DNA of 64,000 nucleotides from contig JBGTLG010000039.1 of NCBI GenBank assembly GCA_041744215.1, positions 116,333-180,332 on the forward strand. Direction: 5' to 3'. The position numbers and the translations under genes were made by a program. Within the stretch, counting starts at the first letter, position 1. Each line of letters begins with the position of its first letter. The notes beneath the pieces are model-generated. The model was not told where the DNA came from, searched no databases, and saw nothing but the letters and a program-made list of their open reading frames with translations. Of the stretch, positions 47,929 through 57,559 are shown in pieces. The stretch comes from Fimbriimonadales bacterium (GTDB lineage Bacteria; Armatimonadota; Fimbriimonadia; Fimbriimonadales; ATM1).

Positions 47929-49214
47929 TTTGCATCAAAGTCAGACATCGACCAAAACACAAGGCCGCTTAAAAGCTTTGGGTAATAGTAGGTCGATTTC
48001 TGAGGCATCTTCTCGCCACCTTCGGCGATTCGGCGCATGTCGTCGACGGACGGAGGATTCGTGATAACTGCGAACTTGTCGCTGGATTGCTGGACCATGG
48101 AGACGGCTTGATCGGCGTCTCGGGTGTAAGAAATCGATTCGAGCCCCTTGACACCGAGCGCTCTCTCAAGAATTAGGTCGTGAAGAATCGTAACATCAAG
48201 CAGTTTCAGCAACTCGCTTCCGTCACGCTCGATCCAGCGCAAGGCATCCGCTGGCCTATCGAGCGTTAGCAGAAGGCCCGTATCGCCAGGCAACACCAGT
48301 CCGAACGCTCTCTTGTCTGGCGCAGCAAGCGCCCTGACCTGGCCGGGCAACTCACCGTTAGAAACCAGGCGAACATTGAAAAATGGCTGCAATCTCGTTG
48401 TAGCGTCGTTCTTGTTCGTTGGATAACCGCTAACGACCCTGTGCGTGGGCAACAGCGCGAGACCAGGATCTCGCATGCTCGAGAGCCCAATCAAAATGAA
48501 GTCCTCAGCGATCACGCCGCTCGCTTCTCCGGTCGCCTCGCGAAAGGCGCGAGCGGTCTCATAGCGGTGGTGCCCATCGGCAATCCAAATCTTTTCGTCG
48601 TGCACTGCCGCAGCGATACGGCTGTTCGCCACTTCCTTATTGCACATCGACAGTTCGTGCCGGACGTCGTCTTCCCCTATAAAGTCTGCAACGGGCATCC
48701 ACTCAGCCATTTCGATGGCGCTGTCAACCGCGCCAGCGTCGTCACGATACAGACCATAGATGCACTCAAGGTGAGACCTTGTGGCTTCGAGAACGCGCAA
48801 ACGATCTTCTTTGTGCTTCGGGAATGTTTGCTCATGAGGGAGCACCACCCCGCTCTCATAAGGTTCCGTTTTTAGCAGAGTGAGGAAGCACGTGCGCGTG
48901 CGGTCACGGCTCTCGACAGGATCGAGGAAAGTTTGGCGGTACCTGTAAAACGCTGCGAGCTCGTCGACGGCTACTACCCCCGCCCTGCGCCATTCAGCGA
49001 GTCGACTCGCGCTGCGCCCATACTTTACAAACTTGCTTCTGTCGTCGGGGAGTTGTTCCGGCAGGGTCACCCAAACAGTGTTGTGCTGGGTCTTGCTGGC
49101 CAGCCGGTCTCGCTCCTCCGGCGAGATTACGTCGTATGGGGGAGCGACCAAGTCCACCAGGGGTCCGGCCTCCGGGGTGAATCGCTGAGCAAGGAAGGGT
49201 CGAATCGTCGCCAT
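47925..49214 (-). CDS. DUF1015 family protein
   Basis: APPYDVI, PHEQT, IADGHHRYETA, PTHR and MPQKSTYYYPK motifs. Confidence 0.9.
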   Translation of the reverse strand: MATIRPFLAQRFTPEAGPLVDLVAPPYDVISPEERDRLASKTQHNTVWVTLPEQLPDDRSKFVKYGRSASRLAEWRRAGVVAVDELAAFYRYRQTFLDPVESRDRTRTCFLTLLKTEPYESGVVLPHEQTFPKHKEDRLRVLEATRSHLECIYGLYRDDAGAVDSAIEMAEWMPVADFIGEDDVRHELSMCNKEVANSRIAAAVHDEKIWIADGHHRYETARAFREATGEASGVIAEDFILIGLSSMRDPGLALLPTHRVVSGYPTNKNDATTRLQPFFNVRLVSNGELPGQVRALAAPDKRAFGLVLPGDTGLLLTLDRPADALRWIERDGSELLKLLDVTILHDLILERALGVKGLESISYTRDADQAVSMVQQSSDKFAVITNPPSVDDMRRIAEGGEKMPQKSTYYYPKLLSGLVFWSMSDFDAK

Positions 49215-49288
49215 TTCGGTCGTGACTATAACCCAAAGAGTGGTCAGAGGCGCGATACGTTCCGAACGGTCGCGCTAAACTCACCGAA

Positions 49289-50167
49289 GTGGACCTAAAG
49301 CCCTACCTCGACGAACGCCAGCCGCGCGTGGAGGCGCAACTCGACCAACTGCTGCCGCTTGAAACCGTACCACCGTGCAGGCTTCACAGCGCGATGAGAT
49401 ACTCTGCGCTCGCAGGGGGAAAACGATTCCGGCCGATTCTCTGCTTGGCCTCAGCCGAAGCCTGTGGCGTGTCAGACAATTCAGTTTTGGAAGCTGCGTG
49501 CGCGATCGAGATGGTTCACTGCTTCTCTCTCATACATGATGACTTGCCTGCACTCGATGACGATGCGCTTCGTCGCGGTAAGCCAACGTGTCACGTAGCA
49601 TTTGGTGAAGCAACCGCGATCCTCGCGGGAGACGCGTTGTTTTCTCTCGCATTTGAGGTTCTTAGCTCGCTCAACGTGCCAGACGGAGCGAAATCGAGGG
49701 CGATTGCCGCACTAGCGAAGGCATCGGGGACCAACGGCATGGTCGGCGGGCAGATCGTCGATATTGAATCACACGGCGTCGACGCCGATATGCGTACAGT
49801 AGAGTGGATACACACACGAAAGACCGGCGCACTGATTGCGGCTTCGTGCGAGATTGGGGCGATCCTAGGCGGCGGTGCAGACGACGCTATCGAGCAGTGC
49901 AAACGAGCAGGTGAAAACATTGGACTCGCCTTCCAGATAACGGACGATGTACTTGACGAAACGTCCAGTTCTGACGCTCTAGGAAAGACCGCTGGCAAAG
50001 ATCGAAGCTCGATGAAAGCCACTTATCCCGCGGTTCTGGGGGTGGAAAGGTCATTACAGATTGCTCGGCAGGCAGCGTTTGAAGCCGAGGGCATCGCAGC
50101 GGGACTTGGCGATCAAGCGATCGGATTGCGGTTGCTCGCGCAGTACGCCGTCAATCGAAGCAACTAG
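49289..50167 (+). CDS. ispA: farnesyl/geranylgeranyl diphosphate synthase
   Basis: GGKRFRP, SLIHDDLPALDDDALRRGKPT, GGQIVD, KTGAL and FQITDDVLD motifs. Confidence 0.88.
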   Translation: MDLKPYLDERQPRVEAQLDQLLPLETVPPCRLHSAMRYSALAGGKRFRPILCLASAEACGVSDNSVLEAACAIEMVHCFSLIHDDLPALDDDALRRGKPTCHVAFGEATAILAGDALFSLAFEVLSSLNVPDGAKSRAIAALAKASGTNGMVGGQIVDIESHGVDADMRTVEWIHTRKTGALIAASCEIGAILGGGADDAIEQCKRAGENIGLAFQITDDVLDETSSSDALGKTAGKDRSSMKATYPAVLGVERSLQIARQAAFEAEGIAAGLGDQAIGLRLLAQYAVNRSN

Positions 50168-50985
50168 ATTGCTTCAATGTTGTCGACTCGAACGACCAGC
50201 ACCGTGGTGTTATCGCTCCCGCCGTCCATGAGTGCCGAATTGACTAGTCGCCAGACTGCCGCGCTTGGAGCAGAGTCAAGCGTTACGCGTATCTCGTCGT
50301 CTTTGACGTGGTTTGTCAATCCATCGGAGCAAAGCAGGAACACATCCCGTTCCCGGAGGTCCCACTCCTGCACATCGGCGATGAGATTATCATCGACGCC
50401 GACGGCGCGAGTTAGGATGTGAGCGTACGGAGATCGCTCCGCTTCCTCTCGCGACATCGTTCCTTGGCGCACTTGTTCATCGACGAAAGTGTGGTCGTCG
50501 CTGAGTTGATCAAGCTCACCATCGCGCAAGCGGTAGATACGCGAGTCCCCTACTTGGACGATTATCGCGCGATCGGCCCAGAGGATCAGGGCGCTCAGTG
50601 TCGTTCCCATGCCAGATCTTCCAGGAATCTGCCTCCCGATGTCGAGGACGTATCGGTTGGCAGCTGCAACGGCTGCACTCGCGGCATCCTGCGGCGAAGA
50701 TGCCGTGTGATTGAGGTAGACATCGATAAATGTCTTCGCTGTCAACTCGCTCGCGATCTGTCCGGCGGCGTGCCCTCCCATTCCATCGCAAACGACGAAG
50801 ACTTGTCCGCGAGACGCTAGAGTGGGTTCATCCTCCGGGATGTAATACTCGAACTTGTCTTCGTTGTTCTCCCGGACACGACCGAGGTCGGTCTTGCACG
50901 CCACCGAGACGTGAACCTTGTGCGTCAGAGGCATTGCCGCTACCTGCAGTTCTTCTTTTGTAAACTCAGCGGTCGTCTCTTCCAT
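50164..50985 (-). CDS. PP2C-family Ser/Thr phosphatase
   Basis: GRVRENNED, VCDGMGGH, GMGTT, VGDSRIY, LLCSDGL and GSDNTT motifs. Confidence 0.93.
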   Translation of the reverse strand: MEETTAEFTKEELQVAAMPLTHKVHVSVACKTDLGRVRENNEDKFEYYIPEDEPTLASRGQVFVVCDGMGGHAAGQIASELTAKTFIDVYLNHTASSPQDAASAAVAAANRYVLDIGRQIPGRSGMGTTLSALILWADRAIIVQVGDSRIYRLRDGELDQLSDDHTFVDEQVRQGTMSREEAERSPYAHILTRAVGVDDNLIADVQEWDLRERDVFLLCSDGLTNHVKDDEIRVTLDSAPSAAVWRLVNSALMDGGSDNTTVLVVRVDNIEAI

Positions 50986-50986
50986 G

Positions 50987-51844
50987 TTACTCGTGGAGCC
51001 TCACTTTGAATCTCAGTTGTCCGATCGCGACATCATCATCTTGCGTAATCCGTGTGCGCTGGTTTGGAGGCAGAGGCGCGCCGTTGAGGTTAGTGCCATT
51101 CGTGCTGCCAACGTCTGTGAAGAAAACGCCTTCTTCAGCCACTTCAATCTTGGCGTGCGAACCCGAAACATAGGGATCAGAAATGACAATGTCATTGCCC
51201 GACGTTCTGCCTAACAAATTTACGCCTAGCTTTAGCGGATACTCCTCTCCCTCTCCAACCAAAAATGCCGCGGACCTCTCAAGAGCGGGCGGAGCATCCA
51301 TCGCTTGCGTTTTTCTGCCTCCTGCCAATTGCGTCGCTTGCGATTCTCCCGGGAAGCTCATCACAACTTCAAGTCCACCGAACGATAGCTTGTCGCCTTC
51401 CACAAGTTGCCTCGGTTCGTTCTGCGCAAGCTGCTCGCCATTAACGAACGTTCCGTTCGTACTTCCAAGATCGGTCAGGGTGATCGTGCCGTTTTGGAGA
51501 GTCGCTTGAGCGTGCTTGCGACTGACTCGAGAGTCAGTCAGGAGAACGTCGCCTTCGCGTCCTATCAGATTTGTGCCAGGTCTCAGGAAGTGCTCGCGCC
51601 CACCATCATCGACGAAACAAGGTGGTCGAACCGCAGGCGCACCGAATACATCGTCGGGGAGCGCGCTGCTGAGGACAAGCCCGCACTCGACGCAATAGAC
51701 GACACCGGGTGGGTTGGAAGATTTACAGACCGGGCACTGGACAGGCTGAATCGTTTGTGTCGCGTTGATGCTGGGCGCCGAGGTTATTGCCTGCGTCCTG
51801 TTGAGATCCTCAGTCAACATTTGGGTCTTATTCGGGTCACTCAT
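50987..51844 (-). CDS. zinc-ribbon plus double FHA domain protein
   Basis: CPVC..CVECG; two FHA domains (GR, VSxxHA, DLGSTNGT / DVGSTNGT). Confidence 0.9.
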   Translation of the reverse strand: MSDPNKTQMLTEDLNRTQAITSAPSINATQTIQPVQCPVCKSSNPPGVVYCVECGLVLSSALPDDVFGAPAVRPPCFVDDGGREHFLRPGTNLIGREGDVLLTDSRVSRKHAQATLQNGTITLTDLGSTNGTFVNGEQLAQNEPRQLVEGDKLSFGGLEVVMSFPGESQATQLAGGRKTQAMDAPPALERSAAFLVGEGEEYPLKLGVNLLGRTSGNDIVISDPYVSGSHAKIEVAEEGVFFTDVGSTNGTNLNGAPLPPNQRTRITQDDDVAIGQLRFKVRLHE

Positions 51845-51871
51845 CTTCTGCTTTACCTCAGTATCGAACCG

Positions 51872-52834
51872 CTACGCTATAGAAATCGGCTGCCCAGTTT
51901 TGGCGCTTTCATACCCAGCGATTGCAACCTTGCTTGCGGCGATTCCGTCCTCAACGGAGATCGGCGCTTTCCCGGCACGTATCCCGGTGATGAAATCCTC
52001 AATGAGGAGTTCGTCGAGACCTGAGCCGTACCCAGCCAGCCAGTGGCGGTCAGTGTAGACGTCGAACGCCTGTGCAAACAGGTCGAGCTCGATCACGCCC
52101 TTGTCGCCAACGACATTCATCTTAACGTCACCCCAAGTTTTGTAGCCTTTGGGACGCGACCACGACGCATCAAGCGACGCAAACACGCCGTTTTCGAACT
52201 TGATATGGAGCATGGCGGTGTCATCCCAATCTCGGCTGTACATATTGTTCCCCGTCTGGGCATAGACCTCCGTCGGCTCCGAGTGAAGCAGTGCTCGAAG
52301 GAGGTCAGCGACGTGAACAGTGTGATCCATCATCGCTCCGCCACCTGACTTGTCTTCCTCAATAAACCATCCGAAAGGGCACATTCCATGGTTTGTCGAG
52401 CAAATCGCTTTGACCTCGCCAATGTCGCCGCTTGTTACTCGCGCAGCGAGGCGCCCAAACGCCGGGCTGTAACGGCATGGAAATGCGGTCATCGCCACAA
52501 TGCCCGAAGCCTCTACCGCCTTTCGGACTCGCTCCGCCTCATCCTTCGTTGTGACAAGGGGCTTTTCACAAAGAACGTGCGTTCCTGCTTTCGCTGCCCA
52601 TTCGATCATTTCGGCATGCCTCTTGTTTTCGCTGCAAATGACGACAGCGTCCGAATCCGCCAACAAGGCGCTTGGATCGGGGTATGTCTTGGTTTTGAAC
52701 CGATCAGCAAAGGCAGTAGCCCGAGTTGGGTCATCGTCCCAAATGCCGCTGATAACCGTGTCTTGTCTCGCGGCCAGAGCAGGCGCGTAGCCGTACGCGT
52801 GCATATGGGCAACAGAAAGAAAGCCTATCCTCAT
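51872..52834 (-). CDS. Gfo/Idh/MocA family oxidoreductase
   Basis: HVLCEKPL and GGGAMMDHTVHVAD motifs. Confidence 0.9.
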   Translation of the reverse strand: MRIGFLSVAHMHAYGYAPALAARQDTVISGIWDDDPTRATAFADRFKTKTYPDPSALLADSDAVVICSENKRHAEMIEWAAKAGTHVLCEKPLVTTKDEAERVRKAVEASGIVAMTAFPCRYSPAFGRLAARVTSGDIGEVKAICSTNHGMCPFGWFIEEDKSGGGAMMDHTVHVADLLRALLHSEPTEVYAQTGNNMYSRDWDDTAMLHIKFENGVFASLDASWSRPKGYKTWGDVKMNVVGDKGVIELDLFAQAFDVYTDRHWLAGYGSGLDELLIEDFITGIRAGKAPISVEDGIAASKVAIAGYESAKTGQPISIA

Positions 52835-52835
52835 C

Positions 52836-53495
52836 TCAGTTATCGACAATATTCTCTTTGACCGCTTTCATTGCGGCGGCGGTTCGGCTGTTGACTTGAA
52901 GTTTCTTCAGAATGTTCGAAACGTGATTCTTTACGGTCTTCTCGGCGAGGAAGAGTTTTGCTGCGATGTCTTTGTTTTGCAAGCCCCCAACAATGAGTTC
53001 AAGTATCTCCAGCTCGCGCTCGGTGAGATCGTAGAGATGCTCGCTTGGCAGATCCTCGTCCGAATCGAGCTTTCTGAAGTCGGCCAACACCTTCGCGGCC
53101 ACCCTGGGCGTCATGATCGACTCACCTTCCCGCGCGCGGCGGATAGCATTTATGATGTCGTTCGCGTTGCTCGTTTTCAACAGATAACCCATCGCCCCTG
53201 CGCGAATAGCGTCGAAAATCTTCTCGCCTTCTTCGTGTGCCGTCAATACGACGCAAACGCAATCGACCTTCTTCTTAGCAAGCCGGCGGATAGCCTCAAT
53301 CCCATCCATAGTTGGCATCTCAATGTCGGTCAAAAGAACGTCGGCATCCTCGCTGATGCACAATTCGAGCGCTTCGGAGCCGTCTTTCGCGGTTCCGACA
53401 AGCTCAATGTCGGGACTATGACTTAGGATCTTTGTCAGCGCCTTCCTATAGATTTCTTCGTCGTCTGCAACAACAATGCGAGTGGTCTCCGGCAT
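52836..53495 (-). CDS. NarL/LuxR family response regulator
   Basis: VADD, TDIEMP, GYLLK receiver; LTERELEIL..KTVKNHVSNIL HTH; TATAAT 7 nt before ATG 53495. Confidence 0.93.
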   Translation of the reverse strand: MPETTRIVVADDEEIYRKALTKILSHSPDIELVGTAKDGSEALELCISEDADVLLTDIEMPTMDGIEAIRRLAKKKVDCVCVVLTAHEEGEKIFDAIRAGAMGYLLKTSNANDIINAIRRAREGESIMTPRVAAKVLADFRKLDSDEDLPSEHLYDLTERELEILELIVGGLQNKDIAAKLFLAEKTVKNHVSNILKKLQVNSRTAAAMKAVKENIVDN

Positions 53496-53503
53496 ACCGG
53501 GGA

Positions 53504-54979
53504 TTATAGCGGAGGATCCCACAATCCGAAGTTGGAGGCGATTTGCCGCTCGGTGAGCCGCACCGGATCAAGGCTTCTGCCCGATTCCCGGATGCGAGAG
53601 ATCATGGCTTCCGCCTCAATCTCCTTGCCCACCTGCTTGTATCCCCAGGCAAGCGTCGCACCCAGCATTGGATCGTCAGAACGTCTCATGGCCTCAGTGA
53701 GCCAGGTGTAGAGGTCCTCGAACAGACCCGCGAGGATGAGAAACTCGGCCACTTCGCGAAACGGCTGCGGGTCGTCGCCCCAGGAATCAAGGAGCTTTTC
53801 TCCGCCCTCGTGGCTTCGCAAGAAGGCGTCCGCCTTGAGCAGGGGCTCGTGTGGGGCGAGGTAGTGGGCATTGACGAGCGCGTCGGGGTCATCTTCTCCC
53901 ATCTTCCAAATGCAGACATGCTTGACCCACCACGCGATCGGATTCGCTGAGTTGTGGACGAGAGATTCGTTTGCAAACGTCGCCGCGTCGGCCCAGCGTT
54001 GTTCATTCATTCTCGCAAGTGCGAGTTGAAGATAAGCCCACGGAGCAAACCGAGGGTCGAGAGCAATCTTGGGCATAGCGTCTTGATGACGGGGATCCAT
54101 GTGGGGAAGACGATCACCGTGATCGTCTAAAAAGTGCGGGACGTCGCCAACACTCAATTCGTCATTCCGGTGATTTTCAGTCCTAGGCCCCGACTCCACC
54201 CAACCATCGGCAGGATGTTCGTCAATGTTGTGATTGACGTAGATATCCGCTCCCGATGCATCCAAAACTCTTAACGCAACGGGGTTTGACGATAGTTTCT
54301 CGTATGCGACTCGCACTGGAGTCTGGGGAGAAAGGTTTGTTACTGCTTCTATTGGAGAACCATCACTTAACATGAGAACGACTCGCGCTTGTTCGATTGG
54401 TTTACTCGATTCGATGCAGAGCGAGTCGGCAAGTCTCGATATCACGATTTGGTCGTTCCCGAACGCGGCTCCTTCACCCACCTGCCTTGGCACAAGCACG
54501 CCTCGAAAGCGCATCGTTTGATAAGGGAAAACACGTAAATGGGCCTCCCTGAACAAGTGAATTGCCGAGAGAGGATCCGAGTATGCATAGAGGCGGGGTT
54601 GATCAACCGGATCGCTTGTAAGCCCAATTGAGAACCGTTTCGCCGCTTCCCTTCGATTGAACACCGTGAGAACAAGTGACACTAAGCACGAATCGTCCGC
54701 CAAGCCTACTTGCAGGGACCAGCTAATCCCTTCGGCTGACTCGATCCCGGATACGATAATGGCTGCTCCACCATCCTCCTGCATCGACAACGATGCCGCA
54801 AACGCCCGCGCGACAGGCTTGCCGTTCACCCTCACGCCGAAGTCAGACAAAAGAGATTCCGAGTTGCTGCGCTTGTCAAAAATTGAAGTCAGACGACCGG
54901 AAGCTCTCTCGACGTGGACTCGCAGCCACGCATTCTCAACGATCAGCGTCCCATTGTGCTCGTAGGCGGAAGCGGCCAT
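53504..54979 (-). CDS. hypothetical protein (DUF5107-like N-terminus, TPR-like C-terminus)
   Basis: VENAWLRV...GRLTSIFDK N-terminal pattern; helical C-terminal half; CATAAT 7 nt before ATG 54979. Confidence 0.6.
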   Translation of the reverse strand: MAASAYEHNGTLIVENAWLRVHVERASGRLTSIFDKRSNSESLLSDFGVRVNGKPVARAFAASLSMQEDGGAAIIVSGIESAEGISWSLQVGLADDSCLVSLVLTVFNRREAAKRFSIGLTSDPVDQPRLYAYSDPLSAIHLFREAHLRVFPYQTMRFRGVLVPRQVGEGAAFGNDQIVISRLADSLCIESSKPIEQARVVLMLSDGSPIEAVTNLSPQTPVRVAYEKLSSNPVALRVLDASGADIYVNHNIDEHPADGWVESGPRTENHRNDELSVGDVPHFLDDHGDRLPHMDPRHQDAMPKIALDPRFAPWAYLQLALARMNEQRWADAATFANESLVHNSANPIAWWVKHVCIWKMGEDDPDALVNAHYLAPHEPLLKADAFLRSHEGGEKLLDSWGDDPQPFREVAEFLILAGLFEDLYTWLTEAMRRSDDPMLGATLAWGYKQVGKEIEAEAMISRIRESGRSLDPVRLTERQIASNFGLWDPPL

Positions 54980-55015
54980 GGCGGGCATTATGCTCGGCCT
55001 CGGTAGAATGGCAGG

Positions 55016-55207
55016 GTGACCCCCGGGGTAAAGCGATTGCTGTTTCGAGTGATAAAGTGGGTGATCGTCCCAGTTTCCCTGCTATTGATGGGATACTTGA
55101 TCGTTGGCCCCATCGTGCTCCCATCAATCGCCGGGAGGTACCTCCCGACACCGACACTCGACGACTCGCCACTCCCAGGAACACCACCCGAGTCGGGATC
55201 CCAATGA
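55016..55207 (+). CDS. small membrane protein
   Basis: One TM helix, Pro-rich tail; TAGAAT 6 nt before GTG; ATGA overlap with the next gene. Confidence 0.6.
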   Translation: MTPGVKRLLFRVIKWVIVPVSLLLMGYLIVGPIVLPSIAGRYLPTPTLDDSPLPGTPPESGSQ

Positions 55208-55530
55208 AAATTCTTGTGTTAGAAAGAAATCTCATGTGGTCTTCGCGGCTCGCGAGATCTCTTCGCGCAGCCGGATTTGATCCAGAAACCGCCGGCACCA
55301 TTCCAGACCAAACCAACGCACTGATGGCGATCATAAACTTGGGGGAGCGAACCGAGGCAGAAATACAGACGTTGAAGAACAAAGGAATGAAGATTCTTGC
55401 GCACGCTGGCCACAAAGAGAAAGACCTGCTGACGCTTGGGGAGCAGGCCGGGTGCGACCGAATTGCGACAAACAGCGAAATGGCCAACAAACTGCCGCAA
55501 ATCGTCAAGGAGATGCTGGGTGAAGGATAG
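55204..55530 (+). CDS. receiver-like (pseudo-REC) protein
   Basis: MKILVLE start and REC-like topology, with IINL at the expected phospho-Asp position. Confidence 0.6.
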   Translation: MKILVLERNLMWSSRLARSLRAAGFDPETAGTIPDQTNALMAIINLGERTEAEIQTLKNKGMKILAHAGHKEKDLLTLGEQAGCDRIATNSEMANKLPQIVKEMLGEG

Positions 55531-56593
55531 CTTCGATCGCACCATAGACTACTTGCGAGTCAGCGTGACCGACCGCTGCAATTTTCGCTGCATCTATTGC
55601 ATGCCAGAGGACGGATACCCCGTTTCGCCAAAGGAAGAGTTGCTGACTTTCGAGGAGATTGCTCGACTTGTTCACGTTGCGGCGGATCTCGGGATGACTA
55701 AGATTCGACTCACGGGCGGAGAGCCGCTTGTGCGTAAAGATCTTCCTTCGCTGATTCAGAGCATTCGCGAGCACCCGGGAATCACCGATTTGTCGTGTAC
55801 GACCAACGCTCATCTGCTTTCCGAAAAGGCAGATGAGTTGAAGTCTGCTGGACTCGACCGCGTGAACATAAGCCTCGATACACTGCGTGAAGATCGTTTT
55901 GTCGAAATCGCGCGCCGGGGATCGCTAACGAAAGTTATCGACGGAATTCACGCGGCGAAGCGAGTCGGATTGAGCCCCGTAAAGATCAATTGTGTATTGA
56001 TGAAAGGCGTCAACGACGATGAAGTGGTGGACTTTGCGCGGTGGACGCTTACTGAAGAAGTTCACGTGAGGTTTATCGAAGTAATGCCCATCCGGTGGAA
56101 TCTGGACGAAACAGACCCGATGAGTGCGATGGACGAGCTCTCGGGCGACCGCAAGCTGTTTCGACTCCGGATTCAAGAGGATACAAACATGCTGAGCGAT
56201 GCCCAGATGAGGCGCATGATAGTCCCGTTCACGGTAGCGAAGGAACGCATTCAGAGCGAACTGGGCCCGCTAGAACCATTTGAAATCCCAACCAATGGCC
56301 CTGCGCACACGTATCAACTGCCGAGGGCGAAGGGCACTGTCGGTTTCATTAGCCAGATCAGCTGGGACCTGTGCGAGCGGTGCAACCGACTGCGGCTGAC
56401 AGCCGATGGCCAACTTAGGCCGTGCTTGATGTCGGACGGCGAAGTCGATCTACGGACACCTTTGCGAAATGGCGCGACCGATAACGAACTCCGAGAAGTG
56501 TTCGCGCACGTAATCTTGAACAAACCGGAACGTCACTACCTTGCAGAAGGCCAAAAGGTGGTTGGGCGAGGCATGAGTCAGATTGGTGGTTGA
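55520..56593 (+). CDS. moaA: GTP 3',8-cyclase
   Basis: YLRVSVTDRCNFRCIYCMP, RLTGGEP, CERCNRLRLTADG..PCL and C-terminal MSQIGG. Confidence 0.95.
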   Translation: MKDSFDRTIDYLRVSVTDRCNFRCIYCMPEDGYPVSPKEELLTFEEIARLVHVAADLGMTKIRLTGGEPLVRKDLPSLIQSIREHPGITDLSCTTNAHLLSEKADELKSAGLDRVNISLDTLREDRFVEIARRGSLTKVIDGIHAAKRVGLSPVKINCVLMKGVNDDEVVDFARWTLTEEVHVRFIEVMPIRWNLDETDPMSAMDELSGDRKLFRLRIQEDTNMLSDAQMRRMIVPFTVAKERIQSELGPLEPFEIPTNGPAHTYQLPRAKGTVGFISQISWDLCERCNRLRLTADGQLRPCLMSDGEVDLRTPLRNGATDNELREVFAHVILNKPERHYLAEGQKVVGRGMSQIGG

Positions 56594-56594
56594 T

Positions 56595-57092
56595 ATGTCA
56601 AAAAGAATCGCAGTTGGAATTGCTGGGACACGAGGCGAGAGCATGATCCTCGAAGGGATTCTGACTTCAATGCAGATCCCTGCTACTACCGAACTTGGCA
56701 ATGTCATGTCCGAATTCGCAGACGTTGCGCAGGGATGGATCTATGTGGACGAAGAAGGCCTGAACCGCGACACGATTCCTTTGATCGAGAAAACACTCGG
56801 GAACATTGCCGACCCAGAAGGTATGAATCGGTACCGGGATGTCGCGCCAATTGAAAACGTGGTCGTTGCAAGCGCTGATGTCATCGTAGCCCGTTACGGC
56901 GATGCAGACGATGCCAGGACGATGGCGTCGCTGCTAACTGGCAAAGGGGTCTCTATTCGCATAGAGGAATCGAGCGAAGGTGGCTACGACTTGATAACAC
57001 CCTCAGGCGCCTTAACGCGACCGCTGCTCGAGGATCTGCGCGAGTACATCGGCAAGACCTTCGAGGCGTCCGCGTTTGACTACGTGGATTAG
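56595..57092 (+). CDS. hypothetical protein
   Basis: ORF begins 1 nt after the moaA stop; protein-like composition. Confidence 0.6.
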   Translation: MSKRIAVGIAGTRGESMILEGILTSMQIPATTELGNVMSEFADVAQGWIYVDEEGLNRDTIPLIEKTLGNIADPEGMNRYRDVAPIENVVVASADVIVARYGDADDARTMASLLTGKGVSIRIEESSEGGYDLITPSGALTRPLLEDLREYIGKTFEASAFDYVD

Positions 57093-57559
57093 AGATCGTC
57101 CGGGCCAGGGCTTCTGGCGAAGAAAGCGAAGTCCGTGTCCTCAAACTCAGTCAGTCCCTCAGCGTCCGCGAGGCCACGCAAATGCCCCCGGTGATAAGTG
57201 CCGTGGTTTAGAACGTGATGAACGACATCTCTGAGGGAAATCGCATACTCGATTCCGTCGCCGCGGGTGTATCGCAAGGTCCCGCCCAGATCGCAAGTTG
57301 CCAGGAACTGCTTCCACTCGGCGGCGCTGTTTGCGAAGCCTTCATCCAGAGAAATGTGGTCATACGTGTCGACCTGAACGTCTGGGTCTTGCTGCTGCAG
57401 CAACCTTTCTAACCAGGCCCTTTGAGCCATCAGGATGTGGCGAAGAATCTCCACTGCACGCTCTTGATCCTTCAAACTAGATACAGTTTTTATCCACCTT
57501 CGGTTTGCCCATCTATCGTAATCAAACAGTTTTTGTATTTGGGATTGATCAGAGCTCAT
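57089..57559 (-). CDS. DinB family protein
   Basis: YDRWAN, HIL...W and HVLNHGTYHRG His triad. Confidence 0.88.
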   Translation of the reverse strand: MSSDQSQIQKLFDYDRWANRRWIKTVSSLKDQERAVEILRHILMAQRAWLERLLQQQDPDVQVDTYDHISLDEGFANSAAEWKQFLATCDLGGTLRYTRGDGIEYAISLRDVVHHVLNHGTYHRGHLRGLADAEGLTEFEDTDFAFFARSPGPDDL

